Below, piece after piece: positions 33,945-45,140 of a stretch of 64,000 nucleotides of DNA. The notes under the pieces are model-generated. The model made no database searches, was not told the origin of the DNA, and worked only from the letters and a program-made list of their open reading frames with translations. Both the position numbers and the translations under genes were made by a program. The stretch's first letter is position 1. Each line of letters starts with the position of its first letter. The DNA comes from Bacillota bacterium (lineage in GTDB: Bacteria; Bacillota; Clostridia; Acetivibrionales; DTU013). The stretch covers positions 13 through 64,012 of the forward strand of contig JAEZLF010000288.1 in NCBI GenBank assembly GCA_023435925.1, written 5' to 3'.

Positions 33945-35333
33945 ATGCTTGCATTTTTTAGAAAAGCTGAAAAGTTATATAAAGTTGCCATAATTCTGGT
34001 GGATCTGGCTTTGATCAACATCGCTTACGTACTGGCGTTCCTTGTCCGGTATAATTGGACGCTTCCTGCGTATAACTTTGACCCATATGTTAGTGCTGCA
34101 CCTTTTACTACACTTGCGGCGCTGATCTATTTTGATATGTTCGGACTTTTGAAATTTTACAGAAAGTCCATGCAAGAGGTTGCAGCAGCTCTGCTAAAGT
34201 CCATTTTCGTATTGAGCTTAACAACTATCGCAATTACCTATTTTATGCGAGGCTTCTCGTTTCCGCGCCTTATATTAATAATTGCCCCAGTCTTTCAGTT
34301 TATACTGCTCCTCATATGGAAGGGTGTTGTTCTATATGTGAGAAAAAGATTTACCAGCGACCTGAATCTGATGGTGATCGGAGAGAGGAGCGAACTGAGC
34401 TCCATTCTGGACAAGGTGGAACACTCGTTGAAAGGCTTTGGAATGCACATAAAGTGTATTATTCCGTCCGATGAGATGGGAAAGGCTTTCAAACGGTTGA
34501 AGGATGTTCATGAGGTTTTCATCAGTGATAATGTATCTGATGATGATAAAATAAAGATCATCACCGAATGTATTGCTCAAAAGAAGATTGTGTATATTGT
34601 ACCGCACTTGTTTGAGATTTCCCTGTCCAATGCCAGAATGGTCCAGTTTGAGGATATGCCTGCCTTTATGATTGATCGGTTGGGACTGACAGTGGAGCAG
34701 AGGTTTTTTAAAAGGGTTTTTGATATTTGTGTTTCCTTAATTGGTATATTTATCACACTACCATTGCTGGTGTTCACTGCTTGCCTAGTTAAATTTACTT
34801 CAAAGGGTCCGGCTATCTATAAACAAACCCGGTTGACTGCCGGGAACAAGCAGTTTGAAGTGTTGAAATTCCGAACAATGTACGAAGACTCCGAAAATGA
34901 AACGGGGCCTGTTTTGTCCAGTGAGGATGATCCGCGGATTACAAGGGTGGGCAAGGTTTTGAGAAATCTTAGAATTGACGAACTGCCCCAGCTTTTCAAT
35001 GTTCTGAAGGGTGACATGAGCTTTGTGGGGCCTAGGCCGGAAAGACCGTTTTTCGTGGAGCAATTCAGCAGGGACATTCCGGAGTATGCCCATCGTTACC
35101 TTGTAAAGGCCGGGATCACCGGATATGCTCAGATTTATGGGAAGTACGATACCACGCCTGTGGACAAGCTCCGATATGATCTGCTGTATATAAAGGACTA
35201 TAGCCTGATGCTTGATATTAAGCTGATGATTCAGACACTGAAGGTATTCAGAGGGAAAAAGGCAGTATATCAGGGGAACGGAAACGCAAAAGCTATGCAT
35301 GCAGAGCATAGAAACAAGACTGCAGCACTATAA
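33945..35333 (+). CDS. Large polyprenyl-phosphate phosphoglycosyl transferase (WbaP/EpsB-type, initiating enzyme)
   Basis: Four N-terminal TM segments, a central Rossmann-like region and the C-terminal catalytic block IDELPQLFNVLKGDMSFVGPRPERP. The ATG at 33945 has GAGG 6 nt upstream. Confidence 0.85.
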   Translation: MLAFFRKAEKLYKVAIILVDLALINIAYVLAFLVRYNWTLPAYNFDPYVSAAPFTTLAALIYFDMFGLLKFYRKSMQEVAAALLKSIFVLSLTTIAITYFMRGFSFPRLILIIAPVFQFILLLIWKGVVLYVRKRFTSDLNLMVIGERSELSSILDKVEHSLKGFGMHIKCIIPSDEMGKAFKRLKDVHEVFISDNVSDDDKIKIITECIAQKKIVYIVPHLFEISLSNARMVQFEDMPAFMIDRLGLTVEQRFFKRVFDICVSLIGIFITLPLLVFTACLVKFTSKGPAIYKQTRLTAGNKQFEVLKFRTMYEDSENETGPVLSSEDDPRITRVGKVLRNLRIDELPQLFNVLKGDMSFVGPRPERPFFVEQFSRDIPEYAHRYLVKAGITGYAQIYGKYDTTPVDKLRYDLLYIKDYSLMLDIKLMIQTLKVFRGKKAVYQGNGNAKAMHAEHRNKTAAL

Positions 35334-35373
35334 TATTATTTTACAGACAAAAGAAGTATTTCAGGGAGGATCT

Positions 35374-36345
35374 ATGAGTAAATATCTTGTTACCGGGGGT
35401 GCCGGCTTTATTGGATCAAGTACAACAGAGAAACTGGTATCCCTTGGGCATGAGGTGAAGGTTCTTGATAATTTATCATCAGGCTGCTTTGAGAATATAG
35501 CAGCATTACAAGATAGAATTACTTTTACTCATGGTGACCTTTCTGACTTCGGGATCGTGCGAGATGCTGTTGATGGAGTCGAATATATCATTCATATGGC
35601 GGCATTGCCTTCCGTACCACTCTCCATACAAGATCCGATTAAGTGTAATGAAAATAGTGTCACAACGTCCGTAAATCTTTTTAAAGCAGCAGTGGATGCA
35701 AAATCAGTGAGACGCATTGTTCAGGCATCATCATCTGCAGTGTATGGAGATAGTCCGATATTGCCAAAGAAGGAGAAAATGCTTCCGGCCCCACTATCAC
35801 CTTATGCGGCGGCAAAGCTGGCTCAGGAATATTATGCTGAAGCGTTTAGTAGAGTATATGGTCTGGAGATGGTATCTCTTCGGTATTTTAATGTATTTGG
35901 GCCGAAACAGGACATTGAATCCGCTTATTCGGCGGTAATCCCCAGGTTTATCCTGGCAATGCTTAAAGGGGAGCAGCCGGCCATATTTGGAGATGGGCTG
36001 ACAAGCCGCGATTTTGTATATATTCAAGATGTTGTTGACGCAAATATTCTTGCCTGTTCAGTTGGACTAAATAGAAAGCATGAGGTATTCAATATTGGAT
36101 GTGGAAAAAGTATTACACTTCACCATCTTGTAGATAGCATAAACACCATTTTAGGGACGGGTATTGTACCCAAATACGAAAATCGTAAAGTGGGCGATAT
36201 ACTGAGTTCACAAGCTGATATAAGCAAAGCAAGGAATGAGCTCGGATTTTGCCCAAAGATAAGTATAGAAGAGGGATTGGAGAAGTTGATTGAATATTTG
36301 AAATGCTCATTACAGATACATAGACGAGGTGAAGAAAATGAATAA
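35374..36345 (+). CDS. NAD-dependent nucleotide-sugar 4-epimerase family (SDR)
   Basis: MSKYLVTGGAGFIGSS, YAAAKLAQE (YxxxK), GDGLTSRDFVYIQDVV. AGGGAGGA precedes the ATG at 35374. Confidence 0.8.
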   Translation: MSKYLVTGGAGFIGSSTTEKLVSLGHEVKVLDNLSSGCFENIAALQDRITFTHGDLSDFGIVRDAVDGVEYIIHMAALPSVPLSIQDPIKCNENSVTTSVNLFKAAVDAKSVRRIVQASSSAVYGDSPILPKKEKMLPAPLSPYAAAKLAQEYYAEAFSRVYGLEMVSLRYFNVFGPKQDIESAYSAVIPRFILAMLKGEQPAIFGDGLTSRDFVYIQDVVDANILACSVGLNRKHEVFNIGCGKSITLHHLVDSINTILGTGIVPKYENRKVGDILSSQADISKARNELGFCPKISIEEGLEKLIEYLKCSLQIHRRGEENE

Positions 36346-37408
36346 GTATGCGGTTATTATGGCAGGTGGAGGCGGAACCCGCTTTTGGCCTTTAAGCAGA
36401 CAAAATGTGCCTAAACAACTGCTAAATCTAAGTGGCAATGATTCAATGATCAATGAGACGATAAAGAGGTTTGGGGATATTATACCAAATGAAAGTATAT
36501 ATATTGTGACGAGTAAGGCACAGGAAAAACCGCTTAAAGAAATTGTAGCAGACACTATACCTCAAAAGAATATTTTGTATGAGCCTGTAGGAAGAAACAC
36601 GGCTCCATGTATTCTTTATGCTGCCATGGTGCTTAAGAGAAGATATGGTGAAGGCATTATGTGTGTTTTCCCTTCTGATCATTATATAGATCATGTAGCT
36701 CAGTTTAATTCAACTCTTCTTCACTGTATGGATTTAGCTGAAAAAACAGACGGATTAATTACAATAGGAATTCGGCCTAAATATGCAGCAACTGGCTATG
36801 GATATATTAAGTTTATTGATCGAGAAAATTACAGTGGAGGTCTTAAAGTAGAAGAGTTTGTGGAAAAACCAGAGTTTAAAACTGCTGAGGAATACCTTCG
36901 AACCGGAAACTATCTTTGGAACAGTGGAATGTTCATATGGCGTATATCCTCCATAATATCCAATTTTCAGCGATTTTTACCACGATTATATGAGAAAATG
37001 CACCTGATTGTGGATGCTATTGATACACCTGAAGAGCAGGATTTATTGGAAACTATTTACCCACAGTTACAAAGTATATCGATAGATTATGGTATAATGG
37101 AACGATCTGATGATGTATATGTGGTCCCAGGTGACTTCGGCTGGAATGATGTAGGAAGCTGGGATGCGCTTGGTTCGATTTTTGCACCTGATAATGATGG
37201 TAATATTATTAAGGCAGATCATGTTGGTGTAGATTCAAAGAACTGTATTATTTATGGAGATGGCAAACTGATATCAACGATTGGACTTGAGGGTATGATT
37301 GTTGTTAATACCGATGATGCGCTACTAATTTGTCCTAAAAGCAAGGCGCAGGATGTTAAGAAGATTGTGGATAAGCTCAGGGAAAGTAATAGAAATGAAT
37401 TACTTTGA
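36338..37408 (+). CDS. manC: Mannose-1-phosphate guanylyltransferase
   Basis: NKYAVIMAGGGGTRFWPLSR signature and GYGYI block; about 356 aa without the isomerase domain. Confidence 0.85.
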   Translation: MNKYAVIMAGGGGTRFWPLSRQNVPKQLLNLSGNDSMINETIKRFGDIIPNESIYIVTSKAQEKPLKEIVADTIPQKNILYEPVGRNTAPCILYAAMVLKRRYGEGIMCVFPSDHYIDHVAQFNSTLLHCMDLAEKTDGLITIGIRPKYAATGYGYIKFIDRENYSGGLKVEEFVEKPEFKTAEEYLRTGNYLWNSGMFIWRISSIISNFQRFLPRLYEKMHLIVDAIDTPEEQDLLETIYPQLQSISIDYGIMERSDDVYVVPGDFGWNDVGSWDALGSIFAPDNDGNIIKADHVGVDSKNCIIYGDGKLISTIGLEGMIVVNTDDALLICPKSKAQDVKKIVDKLRESNRNELL

Positions 37409-37460
37409 TAAAGCTAAACATAAAGCAAAAGCTAATTTGTTTTGAGGGAGGAAAACTGGT

Positions 37461-38501
37461 TTGAAAAAGGCACTTATTACTGGAATTACCGGACAAGACG
37501 GGTCATACCTCACGGAGCTGCTATTGGAAAAGGGATACGAAGTCCATGGTATAATTAGACGGGCAAGCAGTTTTAATACAGACCGGATAGATCACCTGTT
37601 TGAGGATAAGGAGATAGGAAACCGGACATTATTTTTGCACCATGGTGATTTAACAGATTCAAGTAATCTCAACCGGGTTATTGAAAAAGTTCAACCTGAT
37701 GAAGTATATAATCTTGCGGCGCAAAGCCATGTACAGGTGTCTTTTGAAGTTCCGGAATATACAGCTGAAGTGGATGCCATAGGGACTATTAGGCTTCTTG
37801 ATGCTATAAAGGAAAATGGTGGGCACACTAAATTTTATCAAGCATCTACAAGTGAACTTTTCGGGGGGATGCCAGGTACAGAGCCACAGAATGAAAGAAC
37901 TCCTTTTTATCCAAGAAGCCCCTATGCGGCTGCCAAACTTTATGCCTACTGGATGACAGTCAATTATAGAGAGGCTTATGGTCTTTTTGCATGCAATGGT
38001 ATTCTCTTTAATCATGAATCACCGCGCAGGGGGGAGACCTTTGTGACACGAAAGATTACCAGAGCGGTTGCTCGTATACTGCAGGGTACGCAGCATAAGC
38101 TTTCACTGGGCAACTTAGATGCAAAAAGGGACTGGGGATTTGCCGGTGATTATGTAGAAGGCATGTGGAGGATACTGCAACACAGTGAGCCGTCTGATTA
38201 TGTGCTCGCTACTGGAGAAACACATAAGGTCAGAGAATTTGTTGAATTGGCATTTAAGGTAACGGGCATAGACATTGAATGGGCAGGCTCAGGGGTGAAT
38301 GAAAAGGGACTGAACCGGAAAAACGGTGAGGTATTGGTAGATGTGAATCCCAGATATTTTAGGCCGACAGAAGTTGAAGTATTGCTTGGCGATCCTGCCA
38401 AAGCGGAGAGTGATCTGGGATGGAAGCGAAGGGTGAGCTTTAATGAGCTTGTTAAAATGATGGTGAAAGCAGATTGTGAAGCAATAGGAATAAGTCTATA
38501 A
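37461..38501 (+). CDS. gmd: GDP-mannose 4,6-dehydratase
   Basis: [45 protein letters not shown] is near-canonical Gmd. TTG start after GGGAGG. Confidence 0.95.
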   Translation: MKKALITGITGQDGSYLTELLLEKGYEVHGIIRRASSFNTDRIDHLFEDKEIGNRTLFLHHGDLTDSSNLNRVIEKVQPDEVYNLAAQSHVQVSFEVPEYTAEVDAIGTIRLLDAIKENGGHTKFYQASTSELFGGMPGTEPQNERTPFYPRSPYAAAKLYAYWMTVNYREAYGLFACNGILFNHESPRRGETFVTRKITRAVARILQGTQHKLSLGNLDAKRDWGFAGDYVEGMWRILQHSEPSDYVLATGETHKVREFVELAFKVTGIDIEWAGSGVNEKGLNRKNGEVLVDVNPRYFRPTEVEVLLGDPAKAESDLGWKRRVSFNELVKMMVKADCEAIGISL

Positions 38502-38552
38502 TATTATTTCAAGGAATCACTAATTTCGTGGTATGCAAAAAGGGAGATCCAG

Positions 38553-39485
38553 ATGAAAAAAGACGGAAAAATATATGTTGCCGGGCATAAAGGCTTGGTG
38601 GGTTCAGCATTAGTAAGGAGCCTAAAAAGTAAAGAGTATTGTAACATTGTCACTATGACTCATAGAGAGTTGGATTTGACTAATCAAGCTCAGGTAAGGG
38701 AGTTTTTTGAGACTGAACATCCTGATTATGTATTCCTCGCAGCTGCTAAGGTAGGCGGCATAGGAGCAAATAGCACGTACCCGGCTGATTTCATCATGGA
38801 AAATGAGCTGATTCAATGTAATGTGATCAAATATGCACATCAGTACAATGTAAAAAAGCTGATGTTTCTGGGAAGCTCTTGTATATACCCAAGGCAGTGT
38901 CCGCAGCCGATAAAAGAAGAATATCTTCTTACAGGACCATTGGAGCTGACAAATGAAGCCTACGCCCTTGCCAAGATATCTGGTCTCAAGATGTGCCAGT
39001 ATTACAATATACAATATGGTACCAACTTTATTAGTGTAATGCCTACGAACTTGTATGGACCTAACGACAATTATGATCTGGAGAACTCTCATGTATTGCC
39101 AGCGCTGATACGGAAAATGCATGAAGCAAAAGTGGAAGAAAAGCCGTTTGTCGAATTATGGGGTACAGGGGCACCATTGCGGGAATTTATGCATGTTGAT
39201 GATATGGCAGATGCTTGCGTATTTTTGATGGAGACTTATGAGGGGAACGATTTCTTTAATGTTGGTACGGGGAAAGAAATCAGTATTAAAGATCTGGCAG
39301 AGCTTATTAAGGGTGTTGTGGGGTACAAGGGAGAGTTAAGATTTAACGTAAGTAAACCCGATGGTACGCCTAGAAAGCTGCTGGATGTCAGTAAACTGGA
39401 AAAAGCAGGGTGGAAGTACAAGATAGAACTGGATGAAGGGATCAGAAATACTTATGAGGCGTTTTTAGAGGGCAGATGCAGATAA
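38553..39485 (+). CDS. fcl: GDP-L-fucose synthase (GDP-4-keto-6-deoxymannose 3,5-epimerase/4-reductase)
   Basis: [41 protein letters not shown]. Confidence 0.9.
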   Translation: MKKDGKIYVAGHKGLVGSALVRSLKSKEYCNIVTMTHRELDLTNQAQVREFFETEHPDYVFLAAAKVGGIGANSTYPADFIMENELIQCNVIKYAHQYNVKKLMFLGSSCIYPRQCPQPIKEEYLLTGPLELTNEAYALAKISGLKMCQYYNIQYGTNFISVMPTNLYGPNDNYDLENSHVLPALIRKMHEAKVEEKPFVELWGTGAPLREFMHVDDMADACVFLMETYEGNDFFNVGTGKEISIKDLAELIKGVVGYKGELRFNVSKPDGTPRKLLDVSKLEKAGWKYKIELDEGIRNTYEAFLEGRCR

Positions 39486-39528
39486 TGGCTTCATTGACCT
39501 TATAAAGTGCTTGGGATGGAACAAACGT

Positions 39529-41106
39529 ATGAGAGTAAAATCGACAATCATTAATAGCACTTTTAATATCATAGCACAAATCATTCAATTGGTTCTGAGC
39601 TTCATTGTCCGCAATCTATTTATTAAGTATATTGGGATAGAATTTTTAGGACTCAGTGGTCTTTTTACAAATATACTTTCCGCGTTGAATCTGGCGGAGC
39701 TTGGTGTAGGCACAGCAATTACCTACTATTTGTACAAACCCATGACCGAAATGGATAAAGGGAAAATTAAAGGGCTGATGATATTTTACAGAAAGCTTTA
39801 TTATTCTATTGGTATGTTTATCATCGTCATTGGATTATTAATATTGCCCTTAATCCAGTTTTTTATTAAGGATCAGTCATTGGATTTGCCGTACATCAGG
39901 GTACTCTTTTTGATACAACTTGCAGGAACAGCTTCTACTTATTTCTTGGCATACAAACGTACGCTTTTGTTTGTTGATCAAAAAAACTACATAGCATCCA
40001 TCGTTGATTCATCTATGAATATTGTGATGATGGTTGTTAGGGTTGGAGCATTGATCTATCTTAAAAGCTATGTAGCGTATTCTATTGTTATTCTTATTCA
40101 GACTGTTTTGGGCAATGTGATTATATCAATGATTTGCAGTAGAAAATATGATTTCCTAAAAGATAAACAATTGACGGCGGAACATATTGATAGGAAAAGC
40201 GTATTTCGTGACTTAAAAAATATTGTCATTGAAAAAATTGTCAGCTACATCCATTATTCTACGGATAATATCTTGATTTCCAAGTTTATCGGGCTGGCGA
40301 GTACCGGGCTTCTTGCTAACTATACGTTAATCTACAGTACGGTACAGACATTTATCGGGCAGGTTACCAACGCTGTGCAGGCATCTCTGGGCAATTATAT
40401 AAACTCAGGCAACGAGGATAGGGATGTTTATATTGTGTTCAAACGTTTTAGTTTTTTATGTTATTTATGTACCAGCTTTAGTGTGGTTTCATTTTTGGTA
40501 TTAATTCAACCATTTATCAATTTATGGCTTGGAGAGAAATATATACTTCCGTACTATATTATTATTATTTTATGTGTATCCTTTTTTATCTCTGTAATGC
40601 GGGTACCGCTTATTCAGATGGTGTCTATTTATGGATTGTTTAAAGAGATGAAGTATGTAGCTATTTTAGCGGCATCTGTTAATTTGACGATATCAATAGT
40701 CATGATTCAATTTATTGGAGTAGCAGGAACATTACTGGGGACGTTGGCCAGTGAAGCAATATATTTTATAGGCCAATCCTATTATGTCCTTGGAATAAAG
40801 CTAAAGATTCCATTAAAAGTGTCTATTCAAAGAATGGGAGTGTTTTCATTTATAACGATATCTGCAGTTGTAGCAACAGTATTTACCAGTAACAAATTAT
40901 TTATATCTGCTTCGATCATTGCATTTATCGGGAGAGCTTGTTTGTGTATCTTCATCCCTAATTTTCTCAACATCTTGGTTTACTGGAAAAGTGATGAAAT
41001 GAAGTACTACAAAAATTTATTCATTCTTGTATATGATAAAGGCTTAGCTAAAATAAGAGGCGGTACTAACAATAGAAAGAGAGAGGGGTCGTCAAATGAG
41101 GAATGA
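39529..41106 (+). CDS. wzx: Wzx-type (MOP superfamily) lipid-linked oligosaccharide flippase
   Basis: At least 12 hydrophobic segments. N-terminus IINSTFNIIAQIIQLVLSFIVRNLFIKYIG is typical of the Polysacc_synt family. Located inside the glycosyltransferase cluster. Confidence 0.75.
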   Translation: MRVKSTIINSTFNIIAQIIQLVLSFIVRNLFIKYIGIEFLGLSGLFTNILSALNLAELGVGTAITYYLYKPMTEMDKGKIKGLMIFYRKLYYSIGMFIIVIGLLILPLIQFFIKDQSLDLPYIRVLFLIQLAGTASTYFLAYKRTLLFVDQKNYIASIVDSSMNIVMMVVRVGALIYLKSYVAYSIVILIQTVLGNVIISMICSRKYDFLKDKQLTAEHIDRKSVFRDLKNIVIEKIVSYIHYSTDNILISKFIGLASTGLLANYTLIYSTVQTFIGQVTNAVQASLGNYINSGNEDRDVYIVFKRFSFLCYLCTSFSVVSFLVLIQPFINLWLGEKYILPYYIIIILCVSFFISVMRVPLIQMVSIYGLFKEMKYVAILAASVNLTISIVMIQFIGVAGTLLGTLASEAIYFIGQSYYVLGIKLKIPLKVSIQRMGVFSFITISAVVATVFTSNKLFISASIIAFIGRACLCIFIPNFLNILVYWKSDEMKYYKNLFILVYDKGLAKIRGGTNNRKREGSSNEE

Positions 41107-43033
41107 TACTGTTGAACTTTTTGTACCGGGACGTTTATGCCTGCTTGGAGAGCATTCTGATTGGGCAGGCAGTTATAGAAGGATTAATGCGGATGTTATG
41201 CCGGGAATGGCTATAGTCAGTGGAATTGATCAGGGAATAAAAGCACGTGCGTCCAGAGATAGGATACTGAAGATTTTATCGGTTTTGCCAGAAGGCGGAA
41301 ATACAGAGATATTTGAAGCTCCTATGAATGTAAAAACTCTTAAAAATTTAGCATTAGAAGGTGGTTTTTTTTCATATGCTGCGGGAGCTGCTGCGTATAT
41401 AATGGAACATTACCGTGTTGGCGGGGTGTGCATTGAATGCTATGAAATGAGCTTGCCAATGAAAAAGGGGCTATCTTCCAGTGCTGCAATCTGTGTTCTC
41501 GTTGTACGAGCCTTCAATAAACTATATAATCTGAACCTAAATGTTAGAGGCGAAATGGAAGCCGCGTACAGGGCAGAAGTATTAACGCCGTCAAGATGCG
41601 GCAGAATGGATCAGGCATGTGCATATGGTCAGAAACCTGTGTTAATGGTATTTGACGGCGATACTATTGATGTGGAGCCCATTAAGGTTTCGAAACCACT
41701 GTACTGGGTTTTTGCTGATCTGAAGCGAGGGAAAGACACAAAGAGGATACTGGCAGATCTTAACAAGTGTTATCCGTTTGCTCAGGACGAAAAGGACCGG
41801 GCTGTTCAAGAAGCGCTTGGAATACACAACCAGGGAATCATTGCTAGGGCTGTTGCAGCAATGGAAAAGGGTGATGCTCGTGAGATTGGCTTACTGATGA
41901 GTGAAGCTCAGCGGATATTTGATCAAATGGTGATGCCGGCTTCTCCGGAAGCACTAGCTTCTCCCAGACTGCATTCGATTCTTCAGGATCATGTAGTAAG
42001 GGAGTTAACATGGGGTGGCAAGGGGGTAGGATCACAGGGTGATGGTACTGTTCAGTTTATCGCCAAAGGAAAGCAGGAACAAAGTAACCTAATTGATTAT
42101 TTAAATAATGTACAAAGGTTGACAGCCTATCCATTTGATATAAAGGCTTATCAGAAAGTATCAAAAGCTGTTATTCCTTTGGCTGGATATGGTACAAGGC
42201 TATTTCCTGCTTCGAAAGCCGTAAAAAAGGAATTGTTTCCGATTGTTGACCACGATGGAATTGCCAAGCCTGCGTTGCTTATTCTATTAGAAGAGTTGGA
42301 TCAGGCGGGGATTGAAAAGATATGTCTTATAATCGCTGAAGGAGAAGAACATATCTACAGAGGACTATTTGAATTTGAACCAAGTGAAGAGTATTTTGAG
42401 AAGCTAGCGCCATATATGCGTGAGTATGATCAAAGAATAAGAAGGATTGGCAGTAAAATATCGTTTGCTTATCAAAACGAACGTCTCGGATTCGGACATG
42501 CAGTTTATCAGAGCAGAGAATTTGCCGATAATGAACCGGTTCTTCTTGTTTTGGGAGATCATATTTTTAGATCCGGAGAAAATAGGACTTGTGCGGCTCA
42601 AGCATTGGAGATCTTTGAGATGAATGGAGAGACTACTGTTCTTATACAGGAAGTCTCATTGGATCAGGTGTCACACTATGGTATTATCGGAGGTTCGTGG
42701 CTGGATGACGAAGAAACGCAGCTTTCCGTTCGAGAGATTTATGAGAAACCAACTAAGGAATATGCAGTTGAAAATCTGGGTATTAAAATGAAAAACGGCG
42801 AAGTTAGGTATTTTTCGGTATTTGGGCAATATGTTTTGTCTTCAGAGGTTTATGAAGCTCTTGAAGAAAACATAAGAAATGGTAAAATGGAAAAAGGAGA
42901 GTTTCAGCTGACCTCTGCTTTGGATATGGTTAGAGAAAGAAAAGGGATGCTCGCCTTTGTACCGAATGGAAAACGGTTTGATATAGGTATTCCAGAAGCA
43001 TATAGAGATACAGTTTGGAGTTTTTCAAGATAA
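41096..43033 (+). CDS. Fusion protein: galactokinase-like GHMP sugar-1-kinase plus GalU-like NDP-sugar pyrophosphorylase
   Basis: N-terminal half: PGRLCLLGEHSDWAG (GalK signature type) and KKGLSSSAAICV (GHMP motif 2). C-terminal half: VIPLAGYGTRLFPASKAVKKELFPIVD (UTP-glucose-1-phosphate uridylyltransferase-type loop). Confidence 0.7.
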   Translation: MRNDTVELFVPGRLCLLGEHSDWAGSYRRINADVMPGMAIVSGIDQGIKARASRDRILKILSVLPEGGNTEIFEAPMNVKTLKNLALEGGFFSYAAGAAAYIMEHYRVGGVCIECYEMSLPMKKGLSSSAAICVLVVRAFNKLYNLNLNVRGEMEAAYRAEVLTPSRCGRMDQACAYGQKPVLMVFDGDTIDVEPIKVSKPLYWVFADLKRGKDTKRILADLNKCYPFAQDEKDRAVQEALGIHNQGIIARAVAAMEKGDAREIGLLMSEAQRIFDQMVMPASPEALASPRLHSILQDHVVRELTWGGKGVGSQGDGTVQFIAKGKQEQSNLIDYLNNVQRLTAYPFDIKAYQKVSKAVIPLAGYGTRLFPASKAVKKELFPIVDHDGIAKPALLILLEELDQAGIEKICLIIAEGEEHIYRGLFEFEPSEEYFEKLAPYMREYDQRIRRIGSKISFAYQNERLGFGHAVYQSREFADNEPVLLVLGDHIFRSGENRTCAAQALEIFEMNGETTVLIQEVSLDQVSHYGIIGGSWLDDEETQLSVREIYEKPTKEYAVENLGIKMKNGEVRYFSVFGQYVLSSEVYEALEENIRNGKMEKGEFQLTSALDMVRERKGMLAFVPNGKRFDIGIPEAYRDTVWSFSR

Positions 43034-43062
43034 ATTGAGATGGAACTGGAGGACACTTTGGT

Positions 43063-44013
43063 ATGGAGGAATTCAGGCTCACTACACCTGTTACTTTTAT
43101 TATCTTCAACAGACCGGATACTACACAAAAAGTATTTGATGCAATAAGGCTCGCAAAACCGGAAAAGCTGCTTTTAATTGCCGACGGTCCGCGGGATGGC
43201 AGGCCGGGAGAACGTGAAAAGTGTGAGCAAACGAGGAAAATAGTTGAGAACATTGATTGGGAATGCGAGGTACTGAGAAACTATTCAGACATTAATATGG
43301 GCTGTAAAAAAAGGGTTTCCAGCGGATTGAACTGGGTATTTGAAAATGTGGAGGAATCTATTATTCTGGAGGATGACTGTCTGCCGGATCCCTCGTTTTT
43401 TCGTTATTGTCAGGAGCTTCTGGAGAAGTATCGTGATGACGAACGGGTTATGGTAATATCCGGTGATAATATGCTTTTTGAAAAAAATATGCAGGAGCAT
43501 AGTTATTATTTTACGAAATATGTACACATCTGGGGATGGGCGACCTGGAGAAGAGCATGGAAGCTTTATGATGTCAACATTGAATTGTGGCCGAAAGCAA
43601 ATGAAAAGGGCCTGCTGCTTGGTATTGTTGATAAGCTTGAGCTATACCAATGGAAGAACAACTTAAACAGTGTATATGCTGAAAACTTTGATACATGGGA
43701 TTATCAGTGGGTTTTTTCAATTTGGATGCAGTCTGGTCTTAGTATTGCACCTGGTAAAAACTTAATATCGAATATTGGATTTAATCAGGATGCAACACAT
43801 ACGCATGGCGCTAGCATATATTCCAATATGCAAACAGAGCCGTTAACCTTTCCGCTCAAGCATCCTCCATACATTATAAGAGATATTCAAAATGACAAGA
43901 TAGAAAGCCGTATTTGTTATAAAGACTCTAAGTACCTTTGGTTGGGTCCATTTGTGCCATACCTGCGTAGGGTTAAAAGGATGATGCAGAAATTAATTGG
44001 AATGAATAGATAG
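43063..44013 (+). CDS. GT-A fold glycosyltransferase (GNT-I/HlpA-like family)
   Basis: TFIIFNRPDTT...LLLIADGPRDG...ILEDDCLP (DxD-type motif). Soluble, 316 aa. Confidence 0.6.
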   Translation: MEEFRLTTPVTFIIFNRPDTTQKVFDAIRLAKPEKLLLIADGPRDGRPGEREKCEQTRKIVENIDWECEVLRNYSDINMGCKKRVSSGLNWVFENVEESIILEDDCLPDPSFFRYCQELLEKYRDDERVMVISGDNMLFEKNMQEHSYYFTKYVHIWGWATWRRAWKLYDVNIELWPKANEKGLLLGIVDKLELYQWKNNLNSVYAENFDTWDYQWVFSIWMQSGLSIAPGKNLISNIGFNQDATHTHGASIYSNMQTEPLTFPLKHPPYIIRDIQNDKIESRICYKDSKYLWLGPFVPYLRRVKRMMQKLIGMNR

Positions 44014-44024
44014 GTGTATATATT

Positions 44025-45128
44025 ATGAAAATTTTTTTTGACTATCAAATGTTTTCATATCAGAATTATGGCGGCATATCAAGGTATTTCTATGAATTGA
44101 TGTGCAACATAAATAAATTTCAGCTAGCTGATTTTTATCTAAGCACAAAGTACTCTAATAATTACTATCTGAGAAATTCAGATTTCCTCAAACCTGAAAG
44201 TTTCCTGGAAGGGCACAACTTTCGGGGGAAAGTACGGCTTCTGAGTTTAGTGAACCATATTCATTGTATCAGAGACTTAAAGCTTGTTCCGTATGATGTT
44301 TTACACCCAACATATTACAATCCATACTTTTTGAAGTATGCAAAAGGGAAAAGCTTCGTGCTGACAATACATGATATGATTCACGAAATTTATCCGGAGT
44401 ATTTCGGGAGAAATAATAAAACAAGAGAGTATAAAAAAGTACTTGCCGAAAAGGCTGTGAAAATTATTGCCATCTCTGAAAATACTAAAAATGATATTAT
44501 TAGAATTCTGGGAGTTGACGAAAGCAAAATTGTAATCATTCCACATGGATGTTCTTTAATGGAAGCATTTGATAAAAAGATGAAGGTAGACATTCCGGAA
44601 CGTTATTTATTATATGTTGGAGACAGAGCCAATTATAAAAATTTTAACAGGTTTTTATTATCCATATACAAAACCTTGCTGGATGACGATTCTCTCTTCT
44701 TGATTTGCGCAGGTGGCAGGCCTTTCAATTCAAAGGAGATAGAATTGATTGAAAGTCTGGGAGTAAAGGGAAAAGTGCTTAAATATTCAGCGGATAACAA
44801 TATTCTGGCTTATTTGTATAGCAATGCGCTGGCATTTATTTTTCCTTCATTATATGAAGGATTTGGCATACCGATACTTGAAAGTATGCAATGCGGATGC
44901 CCTACGGTATTAAGCAACACCAGTTCTCTGACAGAAGTGGGAGGAGATGCGGCGGTATACTTTGACCCTCTTGACGAGTATTCTATAAAAAATAGTGTTG
45001 AAAAAGTTATTTATAATGAAGATCTCAGAAGTGAGTTAATCACTAAAGGATACAATAACATCAACAGGTTTTCATGGGAAAAGACAGCTAGAGATACTGT
45101 GAAAGTATATGAAAGCTGTATTCGGTAA
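44025..45128 (+). CDS. Family-4 (GT-B, retaining) glycosyltransferase
   Basis: C-terminal EX7E region FPSLYEGFGIPILESMQCGCP. Confidence 0.8.
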   Translation: MKIFFDYQMFSYQNYGGISRYFYELMCNINKFQLADFYLSTKYSNNYYLRNSDFLKPESFLEGHNFRGKVRLLSLVNHIHCIRDLKLVPYDVLHPTYYNPYFLKYAKGKSFVLTIHDMIHEIYPEYFGRNNKTREYKKVLAEKAVKIIAISENTKNDIIRILGVDESKIVIIPHGCSLMEAFDKKMKVDIPERYLLYVGDRANYKNFNRFLLSIYKTLLDDDSLFLICAGGRPFNSKEIELIESLGVKGKVLKYSADNNILAYLYSNALAFIFPSLYEGFGIPILESMQCGCPTVLSNTSSLTEVGGDAAVYFDPLDEYSIKNSVEKVIYNEDLRSELITKGYNNINRFSWEKTARDTVKVYESCIR

Positions 45129-45140
45129 AAGGTATTGATT

